A DNA stretch of 63,386 bases, the filler included, from Basidiobolus ranarum (Eukaryota): NCBI GenBank assembly GCA_040143965.1. It is 46 parts of 46 records of this genome, joined end to end, with 100 filler letters (N's around TTAATTAATTAA, not from the genome) between each part and the next. Parts side by side here need not be neighbours in the genome. Positions count along the whole stretch, not along the records: positions 35,947 to 37,225 come from JASJQH010005711.1; positions 37,326 to 38,604 come from JASJQH010005712.1; positions 38,705 to 39,983 come from JASJQH010005713.1; positions 40,084 to 41,361 come from JASJQH010005714.1; positions 41,462 to 42,739 come from JASJQH010005715.1; positions 42,840 to 44,117 come from JASJQH010005716.1; positions 44,218 to 45,495 come from JASJQH010005717.1; positions 45,596 to 46,873 come from JASJQH010005718.1; 38 more parts are not named here. The stretch is one strand, 5' to 3'. This document shows positions 35,947 to 48,564 of this stretch, piece after piece. The notes under the pieces are model-generated. The model worked only from the letters and a program-made list of their open reading frames with translations, was not told where the DNA came from and did not search any database. The position numbers and the translations under genes were made by a program. Position 1 is the stretch's first letter; each line of letters opens with the position of its first letter.

Positions 35947-37225
35947 CTAGGAATATTCACCACATGGATTGGTAATGATATAAGTTTTGCCATATATTCA
36001 TCAGTGGATCATGTTTTAGACCTTTTCTCAGATGTGATATTTTCTAAATTTGGATAATGTTGATAGATAGTATCAGATTCCAAATTTGGCCTAATTCCAG
36101 TATCTATTTCAAATGTATCATTTTCCAACTTTTTTTCACAACTTGTTAGCTCAAGAATGGTTTCAGAACTTGTTAACTCAGAATTTAGGCTATTGAGAAA
36201 TTGATTTTCAGCCAAAATCAAATTCCCTTGATTGGAAGATTTGAGATTTTCTTCAATGAATATAGTATCTCTGGTGTTGATGATTTGATTTGTGGCAGCA
36301 ATTAGGAGGCAATAGCTATTGTTCTGATATCCTAATAGGATACATTTGATTGCCTTTTTGTTCAATTTCCTATGCTGAGCTTTAGGAATATGAGCATATA
36401 CTATTGATTCAAAATTCTAAGGTAATTCAGATTATGCTTGTTTCCAGTCCAGATTTCAACAGGAGTTTTAGAGTCATGGTTGCTATGTGTTGGACTTTGT
36501 TGTTGGCGATATATAGCTGTTAAAATAGCCTCACCCCAATTGGTCTTAGGCATATCTGGATCAATCAGCATTTACATGCTTTCTCAACTCAAGTCCTATT
36601 CATCCTTCCTGCAACTCCATTTTGTTCTGCACTATATGGAATAGTAAATAGCTGCTGAATTCCCTTTTCTTGACAAAAACTAGTCATGGCTTCATTGCAA
36701 AATTCAGTTCCATTATCACTGTGTAGGTATTTGATTATTCTTCCTGTTATGGTTGTGACCATTACTTTGTATATCTTGAATATTGAAACACTTCTCCATT
36801 GCTTGACAGAAGAGATGAGACTGTGAAGTGAGATTTATCATCAATAAAGATGAGTAAATATTGTTGCTTACATGGTGTCAGAGTTTGCATTGGGCCACAC
36901 AAGTCTGTATGAATAAGATCCAATAAATCTTTGGCTTTGCCAGCTACTTCTTTTGGAAATTGTTTTCTGGTTATTTTCTCTTGAATAAAGCTTTCACATT
37001 TAGTAATCTCTGAGGGCTTAAGATCCATTCCAGTACATAGGCTATTTTTATATAATAGTTTCACACTGTTATAGCTTTAATGACCCAAGCACTGATGCCA
37101 ATTCATCTAATTCTGGCAGTAGTTGTTGCAAAGTTAGAAACAGTCTCAGTTATTGGAGCAATATCCAGGTGATATAGATTTGCAATTCTTGTTCCAGTTG
37201 CTACTATCTAGTCCTTTGATTTGTA
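35947..37225 (-). pseudogene. Copia integrase of a further family
   Basis: IHTDLCGPMQ, DNGTEF, QNGVAGR, KCILLGY. Confidence 0.85.
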
Positions 37226-37325
37226 NNNNNNNNNNNNNNNNNNNNNNNNNNNNNNNNNNNNNNNNNNNNTTAATTAATTAANNNNNNNNNNNNNNNNNNN
37301 NNNNNNNNNNNNNNNNNNNNNNNNN

Positions 37326-38604
37326 GTGTTAGTTTTCTGTATTTCCACAAAATTGTATAAATGCTTTATTTCTGGACAATAAATAATTATCTCACAAAGC
37401 TATTCACAACTCCACTTTTCTAAAGTTCCTCCCAATAGCCCATATTTCTGCAATAAATATATGGCAAGCTCTATGGCTGTTCAAGAAGGTATATAGCTAT
37501 GGAGTCTTCTCAAGGAACTAGGATATGATTGAGTTAATCCTACCCCAATATATCAAGATTATATTAGTTGTATTTAGATCACCAAAAATTCTAGACATCA
37601 CTCAAGAATGAAACATGTTGACATAAGACATCATTTCATATGAGAGAAAGTTCAAGACAAAGAAGTGAACTTTATTTGCTGAAATACTGAAAATATGCTT
37701 GCAGATATTCTAACAAAACCACTCAAAACTTCAAGCATTGAGAAGTTAAGAGCAGGAATAGGCACTAGTGAATATAAGCACAATGTTAAATAAGAATTAA
37801 GGGAAGGTGTTGCATAATTAATCTTTATTTAACATCTTAGTTAACTTTAGTGATGATAGATATATCAGAAGCAGAAAGGAATGTATCTATAGCCCCTATG
37901 TCTATATAAGAATATCTCTGTATCTATATAACAAGTATGTCTTATTACCTCAACTTATCTTTTATATCTTATTATACAAACTCCTGAATATCTTAAACAA
38001 TTGATTTACTTTTTTACAATATAAGTCACCATATACTCTTAAGAATAAAGTAACTAAAACACACTATCATAAGTTGCTACTAATACACAAAGTCTACCCC
38101 CATTATGTCAAGATCCTTCCACAATAGTCATAGATAGTGTAGATATGAGCAATTGATCATATGTTGTAACTGTTAAAACATTTGGGAGCCTGTTGGAAGT
38201 GGTTTGGAGAAATAGAGAAATTGAAGGTTTTTACTTATTGATTTATTGAGTAGAAAGTTGACATTTATAGTTTTGTCAAGATGTTAGCAAACTAACATGT
38301 AAAATGTGCTAAGGATTGTCCCAGGAGCATGCATGTGTGCACAGTTTAGTGCTTCTAGCACAAGCTTGAAAAATCTATATATCTGAGAACTTCTAACTTG
38401 GTAAAAATATTCAAGGTAAGTTCCATTTGAGAGTGATAGGTAATATCTTAGTGAGATATAAGATAACTGAGTACTAAGCTATATATTGTTGGAGTTTATT
38501 GTCTTTATCATATTTGTTATCTGTATCTTTATACACCTAACTATTTCATATATCACATATAAGTTAGTTAACATTACTTAGTCAAATATCACTTAGCTGA
38601 AAAT
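37326..38604. mobile_element. Nest: LTR-A end (to 37455), copia-E RNase H, PPT and LTR-E (from 37808), LTR-B (-, 38171-38486), LTR-A (from 38487)
   Basis: KHVDIRHHF and ADILTKPL; AAGGGAAGG PPT then TGTTG; matches to LTR-A and LTR-B copies. Confidence 0.8.
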
Positions 38605-38704
38605 NNNNNNNNNNNNNNNNNNNNNNNNNNNNNNNNNNNNNNNNNNNNTTAATTAATTAANNNNNNNNNNNNNNNNNNNNNNNNNNNNNNNNNNNNNNNN
38701 NNNN

Positions 38705-39020
38705 TCCTGGTTCAGGAATATTAACCTGATTCCCTTTCGATAGGTGGTGCGGTGAATCGCACGCTTTAAAACGGAGCTTCCCTATCTCTTAGGATCGACT
38801 AACCCGTGTCCAACTGCTGTTCACACGGAACCTTTCTCCACTTCAGTCTTCAAAGTTCTCATTTGAATATTTGCTACTACCACCAAGATCTGCACTAGAG
38901 GCCGTTCGACTTGGGATCACTCCCGAAGCTTCTTCACAACCTCCACGCCTGCCTACTCGTCAAGGCTTCGCTTTAACCTTGACGGTGAGGTATGGGTAAC
39001 ACGCTTGAGCGCCATCCATT
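38705..39020 (-). rRNA. 28S (LSU) rRNA fragment
   Basis: Conserved AATGGATGGCGCTCAAGCG, GCAGATCTTGGTGGTAGTAGCAAATATTC and CGAAAGGGAATCAGGTTAATATTCC on the minus strand. Confidence 0.95.
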
Positions 39021-39059
39021 CACGAAGCTTCCCGAGCGTGAAAGGATTTGCCCAAATAT

Positions 39060-39665
39060 TAGTCAACAGAAAGCTAGACATTTCATTGTGGTTTATCACT
39101 CCTTAGACATTTCTAAAAGCTTGATTCCCTTTCACAAAGTGATCACAAGTAGTAATTGTTGGTTGAAAATCAGGATGATTTTTATTTGAAAGATATGTTC
39201 TTTTATACTTTTCTGATGGTAAAAATGATCACTATTGAGAATTTCTGGAAAATTACAGAGAATTCTAGAGGTGGGGATCTGGGGTTTTCATATCACCATA
39301 TATTGTAAGATTAGTAAGCCATGGAATGTTCTGGAAGAATATAGAATAATCCAGAAAGTCATGGAATGTTCTGGCAAAATCAAGTTTTGATTGGTCAAAA
39401 CTCAATAAATCTTCAAATATTCCAAGAATCTTGTGGAATGTTCTGGAAGATTGTAGAATTTTCCAGAAAATCATAGGGCCAATGCTGGTTAATACTGATA
39501 AATATGAAATAATTGGGGATAATACTAATGGTGTGATATGATTAGCTAGAACGTATGGGTAAGTCAAAAATGGATAATAAGATAAAAGTTGTGCAATAGT
39601 AATGGTATGAGCTAGGAGTGGAAGTAAGTCAACTTGCCAGTGAGTAGCAATGCTAAGTCACTATA
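39060..39665. repeat. Gypsy leader piece (+, about 39060-39138) joined to inverted partial LTR-C (-, about 39139-39665)
   Basis: Matches 56350-56426 forward and 24125-24643 in reverse. Confidence 0.8.
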
Positions 39666-40083
39666 TCCACCACTCTCTGAATTTTGAACTCAAGTGAAAA
39701 ACCACACTCAGCATGTTGAGTCATTTCCTCTATTCTTGAATAACTTTGGCCAGTTCCCTGCAACTGGTAGTCTGAGTTCTGTTCCATCAAGTTCTGCTGT
39801 TTAATAGCTTCTATACCAATATCCCAAAAAAGACATTTCTGGCTTTTTTGGCCTAATTTTGATCTCTTCTGGTCTGGATCATTGCATATGCAGTACTTCT
39901 AAAAACTCTGAGATTCGCCACATCTGGTTTACTTCCAAACCAAGCTTGATAAGGTGTCATAGCCAATAGAGACCTAGAAGGACNNNNNNNNNNNNNNNNN
40001 NNNNNNNNNNNNNNNNNNNNNNNNNNNTTAATTAATTAANNNNNNNNNNNNNNNNNNNNNNNNNNNNNNNNNNNNNNNNNNNN

Positions 40084-41361
40084 AATCTAACTTTTGATCA
40101 TGTAACATTGATCTTACCATCTCCACTATGGTCCTGTGAGCATGTTCTGCTACTCCACTTTGCTGTGGAGTATGAGGGACAACATTTTGTTGGTTAATTC
40201 CAAGTTTAGAGCAAAAACTAGCAAAGTCTTTAGAGCAGTATTCTCCACCATTATCACTCCTTAGTACCCTTATTTTTTGTGCTGATTCTTTCTCCACCAT
40301 TGCTTTGTAGTGTTTGAATGTAGCTAAGGCCACAGAATTTGATATGAGAAAGAATATCCAAGTATATCTTGTTTTGTCATCAATAAAGGTCATAAAGTAC
40401 CTTTTCCCACCAAGTGAGATGTTTTTCATGGGCTCACACAGATCAGAATGAATCAGGGCAAAGTTCTGAGTGGGGTTGATCTCTCCAGAGCTTGAAAATG
40501 GCTGTCTGTATTATTTTCATATATGCAACCTTCATGCAGATCCAATTTCCAAGCCTGGAACAAGCTGATTTCAGATTATTTGGGTTAATTTTTGTTCCTC
40601 AATGTGGCCTAATCTTCTATGCCATGATTGGCAGCTTATTTCACCAGTTTTGGCCAAGTTTGAATGCTCAGAATGCAATTTGTTGATTTCTAGCTTGTAT
40701 AAGTTTTGATTTTGATCCCTGTGGCTAATTTGGTATCATTCCAATCTGTGATAGTGCATCCAGCGTTTATAAACATGAAATTTAGTCCATGAGTTGTTGC
40801 TTGGCTTACTGAGAGTAGTTTCTTGGCTATATTTAGTATATAGAGTACATTGCCTAATTTTGCAGATGGTGTAGCTAAATCTTGGCTTCAATTGAGTGCA
40901 ACTGAGCCCTTACCAACTGAATCAAGTGTTAGTCATTACCCAAATAGACTTTCCTTGTTTGGATTGGTTTTAAGCTGGAAAACCATTCTTTCCTGATTGA
41001 CATATGCTGGGAAGCTCCTGAATCAATGTATCATGTTTCTGAGTCTTCCTTAGTGGTTACAGATGGGGCAGACACAAATAGATGATCTCTATCAGCTCTT
41101 ACTTGATTTGCTTGTTCCAATTTTGGCTTTTTGGCAAAAATCCTTTTTCCGCAATCTTTGATTAAATGGCCTGGTTTCTTGAAATACTTACAGAAGCTTA
41201 ATTTCCTGTTAGGGGCACCATTACAGAAGCCTGTTGGATGTTTTACAGCTCTGAAAAATGCCTGTTCTGCATTTTTTTGCTGAGAATTTGATCTCCTTAA
41301 TTCTTCATTCAAAAATCTAGCACCAACATATTCCATTGTTAGTGGGTCTGATCTTGAGGTT
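40084..41361 (-). pseudogene. Copia gag zinc knuckle, protease and integrase
   Basis: CKYFKKPGHLIKDC, YIDSGASQH, TFIDDKTRY, LRSDNGGEY. Confidence 0.92.
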
Positions 41362-41461
41362 NNNNNNNNNNNNNNNNNNNNNNNNNNNNNNNNNNNNNNN
41401 NNNNNTTAATTAATTAANNNNNNNNNNNNNNNNNNNNNNNNNNNNNNNNNNNNNNNNNNNN

Positions 41462-42739
41462 CCAAGTGTCAGTGCTATTCAAAATTTCAGATGTTTAGCA
41501 ATTTTTCCACTGTTAGTTTGCTGGTAAAACATATTGATGTTGCTGAGTTATGTCTAATCAGTGAAGTATGTGCATATATAGAGACTAAACACAACAAGAT
41601 TCTTGTATTTTTTGATTCCCATTATGGCTGGAATACAAAGCCTAAAATAACTAAACAAGGGCATGCATATTAATTTGAATTTCAACAGCAGTAAACCCAG
41701 TAATTTGCCTTTCAAAAATTATATTTTTGCATAAATTGCTGGATATTGAATAATGTATGCCAAATTTGAGAATCAATATTTTCACATGTCAAGAAACTGC
41801 TGTCACAATATAAAAATCCCTGGCAGAATGCAAGCCACCAATATTGTGATGGTTCTATGATGGTTTTTCTCCTTTGGAGAGTAGATCTAATCCAGATGAA
41901 ATTGATTTTATTTTTTTTAGGGGTTGAAACTGAAGTATCCTACTTTGCTTGAAGAGTGGTACTGTAACATTATGATGAAGAAAACTTACTGCACCCTGTT
42001 GCCTTTTACTCAAGAGAGTTTTCTGCAACAGAAATCAATCATGACATCTATGACAAGGAACTATTTGCAAGTATTGCTGCTTTTGAACAATGGGAACAAT
42101 ACTTGAATGGAGCCAATCACAAAACCACATTTTATTGCGATCATAAGAATCTTCAGTATTTTGTTATAACCAAAGTTCTCAGCTGCCATCAAGCAAAATG
42201 GTTATTATTTCTTGCCAACTTTGCTTTTGTGATTACATTTTGACCAGATAGCCAGCAAGGAAACCCTGATGCCTTGTCACATAGAGCAGAATATCAGCCA
42301 AAAGAAGGGGATGAGGCCTTTGGCCAACAAAATGCTTCCTTACTGAAGCTGCACCAACTTCAAAATAGTGCAACTGCCCTTTCTGTGCCTAGTTAAAGCA
42401 CGTTCCCAGAAGACATCCACAAACTTCAATCTGAAGTCACATTGGTAATATGAATGAACAAAGCCCAGGAAGCACCCACAGGCCTCTCAAGCTTCAAGTT
42501 GGACCACCATTTCTCCATCATCAATGCTCTTTTGTTCTTTCAGAGGCACCTTTTCATTCCAGACCACACATCCAGACTGAAAATCATGCATGATACACAC
42601 GACCCATCACTTGCAGAACACTTTGGTATTGCCAAATCATATATCTGGGTATCCAAGATATTTTTGGTGGCCCAAAATGTGTGCATTTGTCAAGACTTAT
42701 GTTTCCACCTGTGATACTTGAGCTCAAGTAAAAGCTCCA
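41462..42739 (+). mobile_element. CACTA right end (to 41922) inserted in Tf1-like gypsy RNase H-integrase remnant
   Basis: HPVAFYSR, IYDKELFA, DHKNLQYF; homologous to 17992-18660. Confidence 0.88.
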
Positions 42740-42839
42740 NNNNNNNNNNNNNNNNNNNNNNNNNNNNNNNNNNNNNNNNNNNNTTAATTAATTAANNNNN
42801 NNNNNNNNNNNNNNNNNNNNNNNNNNNNNNNNNNNNNNN

Positions 42840-44117
42840 ATCTGCCTGAGATCTGCCAATGTCAGTTGATGCCCTAAGAATATATTAACAGTATCCACAA
42901 ACAACTCCCAATTGTATTAATACTTATCAGGCCGGAATCCTTTCAAGATTCCACTTGAATATATATATAAATTCAATGCTCCCAGTCCTTGCATTTGAAT
43001 AAATGCCTAGATGAGTGGATATTGATGGGAGTCCTGGTAAAATATGATGGTATCTTGATGTTTCCAAGCATTTTTGAAATCAATTTAAACATTGATCTTA
43101 TCTCAAATGGCTCATTCATAATAAATTTTCCACTATATAGGTGAGTAAGTGGTATTGGAATGCTATTGAATAGTGAGTGCATAGTGCCTAATGGGAAGCT
43201 CTGGCTCCAGCTAATCCCCATTAGCAATATAATCTTTACCTTATGGCCAATACCAAGTTTGACGTTAGACTGACTACTTGGTAAACTGATATCATTGATC
43301 AGGTTGAAATCTGATGGGGCTCTTGATGGTAAAACCATGGAGTTTGGTGTTGTACTTGGATAGTAGCAATGTGTATGCTTGATAGAGTAAACTTCATTGA
43401 TTTAACAAAATCTACAGCAAGATAGTGCATTGTGCCGGCAAAAAACCTCCAAGTTTACTGATTGCAGGAGTGTTGCCAAAACATGCAATGATATGAGATT
43501 TAATAAAATATTCACCAATTGGAACCCCACTAGATAGTTGTTCCAATTCCACAATCAAAAGCTCCAAGAAGCTATCTACAACCACTGATGATTGACATCC
43601 AAATATGATGGAAGGTATCAAAACATTATGACTCTTATACCATTCAGAAGCAGGAAGATTGAAGTAAATCAAAATTATTGGCCAGCAAGCCATTCCAATG
43701 GTGTAGTTGTTTAGTGAGAAACCATTCAGAGTGAATACAAGTACATGTTCATATGTGTTCTCAAAGAAACCTTGACTTTCCAGATTTGGGTAGTAATATC
43801 TGTCAAGTATATTGGTAACACCATCAGCATTATGGTGAGTAATTTGGTATTTGATTAATGGTCTATACTTAGGAGATATCATCAAAACTTTAAGATGGGA
43901 AATCAATGGTATATAAGCCAAATATAAAAATATTTACCAATTCAGTAATTCAGTGATTGCAATTGTGTGTGCAAACAGTACATGACATCAGGTTTTTCAG
44001 ATCACCAGTAAAAGCTAAAGAGCCATTTGGACTTGAAGGTAGTTTATTTTCTGAAGGATTATAAGCCATACAATTAACAAGTGTTGTCCACTTGTAGCAG
44101 GGCAGTGGCAAGCAACA
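42840..44117 (-). pseudogene. CACTA/EnSpm Tnp2 transposase core
   Basis: TLNGFS..CWPIILIYFNLPASE..DSFLELLIVEL..L..GV, GNTPAISKL, MHSLFNSI, FKCKDW. Confidence 0.88.
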
Positions 44118-44384
44118 NNNNNNNNNNNNNNNNNNNNNNNNNNNNNNNNNNNNNNNNNNNNTTAATTAATTAANNNNNNNNNNNNNNNNNNNNNNNNNNN
44201 NNNNNNNNNNNNNNNNNGGCAAGTTCAATTGTTGGGGTGTTCGAGACTACAAGGATCAAAACAAAGAGGGATGAAGTAAGGATAATCAGGAGACCTTCCA
44301 TGGAAGTTCTTGGTGGAAATATATGATATGTGGGATGACATCATTGGTTAGGTTTCATGCAATGTTCTAAAGAACATGACTTCT

Positions 44385-45495
44385 TTCTGTTGAAAACTAT
44401 GCTGGCACCTGACAAAAAAATATACTGGCTTCAGTGTCCTTTGAGAATGATCAGGTAAAAAGGGTATATCCAATCAAAAACAACTGTAAACTCAGCTAGA
44501 GAGGTCTTGAATGAGGATGCACTAGTAGTGATTTTTCCAAGGACATGAAAAGTTTGTTGCCTATGCAGACAAAGCTAGGGAAAAAAATATAAGATATCAG
44601 AAATATAACACCTACCTGTCAGTACTTCCTTTGAGCCAGTCAAGTCCTTACTAGTCACACAGTAGCCTGTAACACTCTCTAGTAGTCTCTCTTGAGCTTC
44701 CTCTTTAAAGGTCCTGTAAGCAGTGCTGAAAATAAAGGGTTATCCTCAGTAGTAATTGTTAGTTGAGAACCAGGATGATTTCATTTGAAAAGATAAGGCT
44801 CCTATTTATACTTTTCCAAAGATAGAGATGAATACTAATGAAAATTTTTGGACAGTTCCAGAGAATTCTATTGGTAGCAATCTAGGGTTATGATATCATC
44901 ATAAGTCATATGATTAGTAATCCATGGAATGTTCTGGAAGGTTGTAGAATAATCTAGAAAGTCATGGGATATTCTGGCCTAATCAAGTATTAATTGGTCA
45001 AAATTCAATTAAACATCAAATGCTCCAAGAGTCTGGTGGAATGTTCTGGAAGATTATAGAATATTCCAGAATATAATATGGCAAATGTGGGCTAATACTG
45101 ATAAATCTCAAATAATATGTGATAATAGTAATGGTGCGATATGATTGGCTAGAAAATATGGATAATAAAAAAGAAATTGTGCAATAGTAATAATACAAGC
45201 TTGGAGTGGAAATAAGTCAACCTTCCAGTGGGTATCAATGCTATCCCACTACATTGTCAAGACCATCCCCTAACAAAAATAATATCAATTTGTTCCGGAT
45301 TGGATCCACCCTTCTGAATTGCAAAACCATTGGAGAACCATCACAATATCAGTGGCTTGCATTCTGCCAGGGATTTTGATGGTGTGTGTTGAAATTAGCA
45401 TTGCCTAAACACCTATATAGTCATATATAGCTTAGTACTTAGTTATCTTATAATTCACTAAGATATTATCAATTATTCTCAATTGGAATTTACTT
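44385..45495. mobile_element. LTR-C plus leader (-, to 45253), CACTA right end (45268-45386), LTR-B start (45387)
   Basis: Direct matches to the respective repeat copies. Confidence 0.82.
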
Positions 45496-45595
45496 NNNNN
45501 NNNNNNNNNNNNNNNNNNNNNNNNNNNNNNNNNNNNNNNTTAATTAATTAANNNNNNNNNNNNNNNNNNNNNNNNNNNNNNNNNNNNNNNNNNNN

Positions 45596-46873
45596 CATAT
45601 TAATTTGAATACCTACTGCAGTAAAGCCAGTAATTTGGCATTCAAAATTATATTTTTGCCAAAATTGGTGGTTAGTGAAGAGTGCAGGCCAAATTTGAGG
45701 GTCAAGATGTTACCAGGTATGAATGCCGTCAAGATACCGTCTAGAAACCGCCGTCACACCATCAAAATCCCTGGCAGAATGCAAGACAACAATATTGTGA
45801 CGGTTCTCTGACGGTTTTGCTATTTTGGAGGGTGGATCCAATCCGGATCAAATCATTTTATTTTTGTTAGGGAAATGGCAATCACTGAATCAGGTATATA
45901 TTTTTCATATTTGGCTAACACACCATTATTCCTCATTTTATAGTTTTGATGAAATCACCCATATATAGAGCATTGATCCAGTACCAAAGTACTCACCATA
46001 AAGCTGATGATATTTGATGGATATCACTAACAGATTCTGAAAAGTCAAGGTTTCTTTGATAACACTTTTGATCATGCATTTACGTTGGCTCTGGATGTTT
46101 TCTTACTAAACAAATATACCATTGGACAGGCTTGCTGGCCAATAATTCTAATTAACTTAAATCTTCCTTCTTGTGAATGGCATAAAAGTCATAATATTTT
46201 GATACTATCCATCATTTCTGGTCCTAAATCACCAGTGTCTATAGATAGCTTCATGGATCCTTTGATTGTGAAATTTGAATGTTTATCTAAGCAGGTTCAG
46301 ATGGGTGAGTATTTTATTAAAGCTAACATCATTGTATGTATTGGGGACACTCTTGCCATCAGTAAACTTTGAGGTTTTTGCATGCAAAACTCACTATTTA
46401 GGTGTAGATTTTGGCAAATCAATGTAGTTAACTATATCAGACATATGCATTACTACTATCCAAATACAAAACCAAACTCCATGATTAAACTTTCAAGAGC
46501 CTGGTCAGATTTCAACATGATCACTAATATCAATTCACCACATAGTCAGTCTCATATTAAACTTAGTATTAGCTGTAAGCCTAAGATTATATTGCTAAAG
46601 GGGATCAGCTGAAGCTAGAGCTACCCATTAGGCACTATGCTCTTACTATTTGACAACATTCCAATACTACATACTCAACTATACAGTGCTGAAGTTTATT
46701 GTTTTTATCATATTTGTTATCTCTATCTTTATACACCTAACTATTTCATATATCACATATAATTAGTTAACATTACTTAGTCAAATATCACTTAGCTGAA
46801 AATTGGAACATATATTATATATATATATATATGAATAATGTGAGAATTAGCAATTCCATATTGGAAATTTCAA
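45596..46873 (+). mobile_element. CACTA right end (to 45872) abutting CACTA Tnp2; LTR-A from 46687
   Basis: Intact CCGTC/TGACGG subterminal repeats; CWPIILINLNLP..ISGPKSP. Confidence 0.88.
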
Positions 46874-47462
46874 NNNNNNNNNNNNNNNNNNNNNNNNNNN
46901 NNNNNNNNNNNNNNNNNTTAATTAATTAANNNNNNNNNNNNNNNNNNNNNNNNNNNNNNNNNNNNNNNNNNNNATATGATGTCATAATCTAATAATAGAA
47001 GAGTTCCATATGCAGTGGATCAGTATGCCGAGATCAGAATCATGACAGAAAATACATACTGACAATGGTGGAAAATATACTTCAACACTCTTTAAGAACT
47101 TTTGGAAAGTTCATGGAATTAAGCAAGAAACTACTGCCCCCTATTCACCTTAACAAAATGGAGTTGTTGAAAGAGCTATCAGGACTAAAATAGAAATGGC
47201 AAGACCTATGATAAATGTACAAATTTTCTCTCATAATTATTGGGCAGAATCTGTTGCTACAGCTGTATATGTGAAGAATAGAAGCTTTACTAAAAGACTG
47301 TCTAACTCTACACCATATCAAGTTTGATGTGGAGATGAACCTGTTGTAAAACACTTGAGGGTCTTTGGATGCTTTACTTCTGTCAACATCATAACCAAAA
47401 ATTGGTCTAAATTTGATCCAAAAAGTAAGAAATGCATATTTCTGGATTACTGTACTCAAACC

Positions 47463-47840
47463 TGTTGAAGTTTATTGTCTTTATCATATTTGTTATCTCT
47501 ATCTTTATACACCTAACTATTTCATATATCACATATAAGTTAGTTAACATTACTTAGTCAAATATCACTTAGCTGAAAATTGGAACATATATTATAAATA
47601 TATGTGAATAATGTGTGAATTAGCAATTCCATATTGGAAATTTCAAGCTCATCCAAATTGCCCCAAAGATAGCTCATTTTACTCCCACAGATGTTCTGAA
47701 CACAACCCCAGTGTTAGTTTTCTGTATTTCCACCTAAAAGTATAAATGCTTTATTTCTGGACAATAAATAATTATCTCACAAAGCTATTCACAACTCCAC
47801 TTTTCTAAAGTTCCTCCAAACAGCCCATATTTTCCCAATA
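47463..47840 (+). repeat. Solo LTR-A (378 bp) without matching target-site duplication
   Basis: No PPT or PBS adjacent; flanks AAACC and ATCTT differ. Confidence 0.9.
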
Positions 47841-48564
47841 ATCTTCACTTTTACAGTTATAGAATATATCCAACTCTTAATCAAAGTCTTTGCCAATCTC
47901 AAAAGAACAATTTCTTTTTCTTCAGACTTCAAGTTAGAGAAACCACCAGAGTTTTATCTAGCTTGTAGCATTGAGAATTTTTGATAGTTCTATTATCAGA
48001 AATAACCTTTTCTCATAAAGTCTTCAAGCTATTGACATACTAAAGTATGTCTTTACCCTTTAAAGTTAGAGTGAAGAATATGTCTCCTATCAATATTTTT
48101 AAGCTTCCAGTATAATAAAATTGAGCTTTGCTGGAGATTTGTAGTGGGATTAAGCTTTATAACTGAATATATAAGTTAACACCCCTATCCTACACTACAG
48201 TGCCAATCATTTCTTTAACAGCAAGCTGGACATTGCATTGTGATTGTCATTNNNNNNNNNNNNNNNNNNNNNNNNNNNNNNNNNNNNNNNNNNNNTTAAT
48301 TAATTAANNNNNNNNNNNNNNNNNNNNNNNNNNNNNNNNNNNNNNNNNNNNTTGCTTTTGTCTAATAATCCAATTTTGTAACACTATGCCTATATTGCCA
48401 GGGAACCTTAACCTAGTCTGTCAATGTATGGTACTTTGGCATTTCAGCTTTACAAGCAACTGATTGGCCTTAGACTTTGTGTTCAGATGCAGTCACCATA
48501 CTCCATATTTTCCACTTTGGGAATTACTGTATGTACCACAAGTTACCAGACTTTCAACAATATC

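Noticed and set aside
39020-39140. Site-specific rDNA retroelement (R2-like) or group I intron
   Set aside because: Adjacent DNA is gypsy leader and LTR fragments with no element terminus, ORF or intron core; rDNA does not resume.
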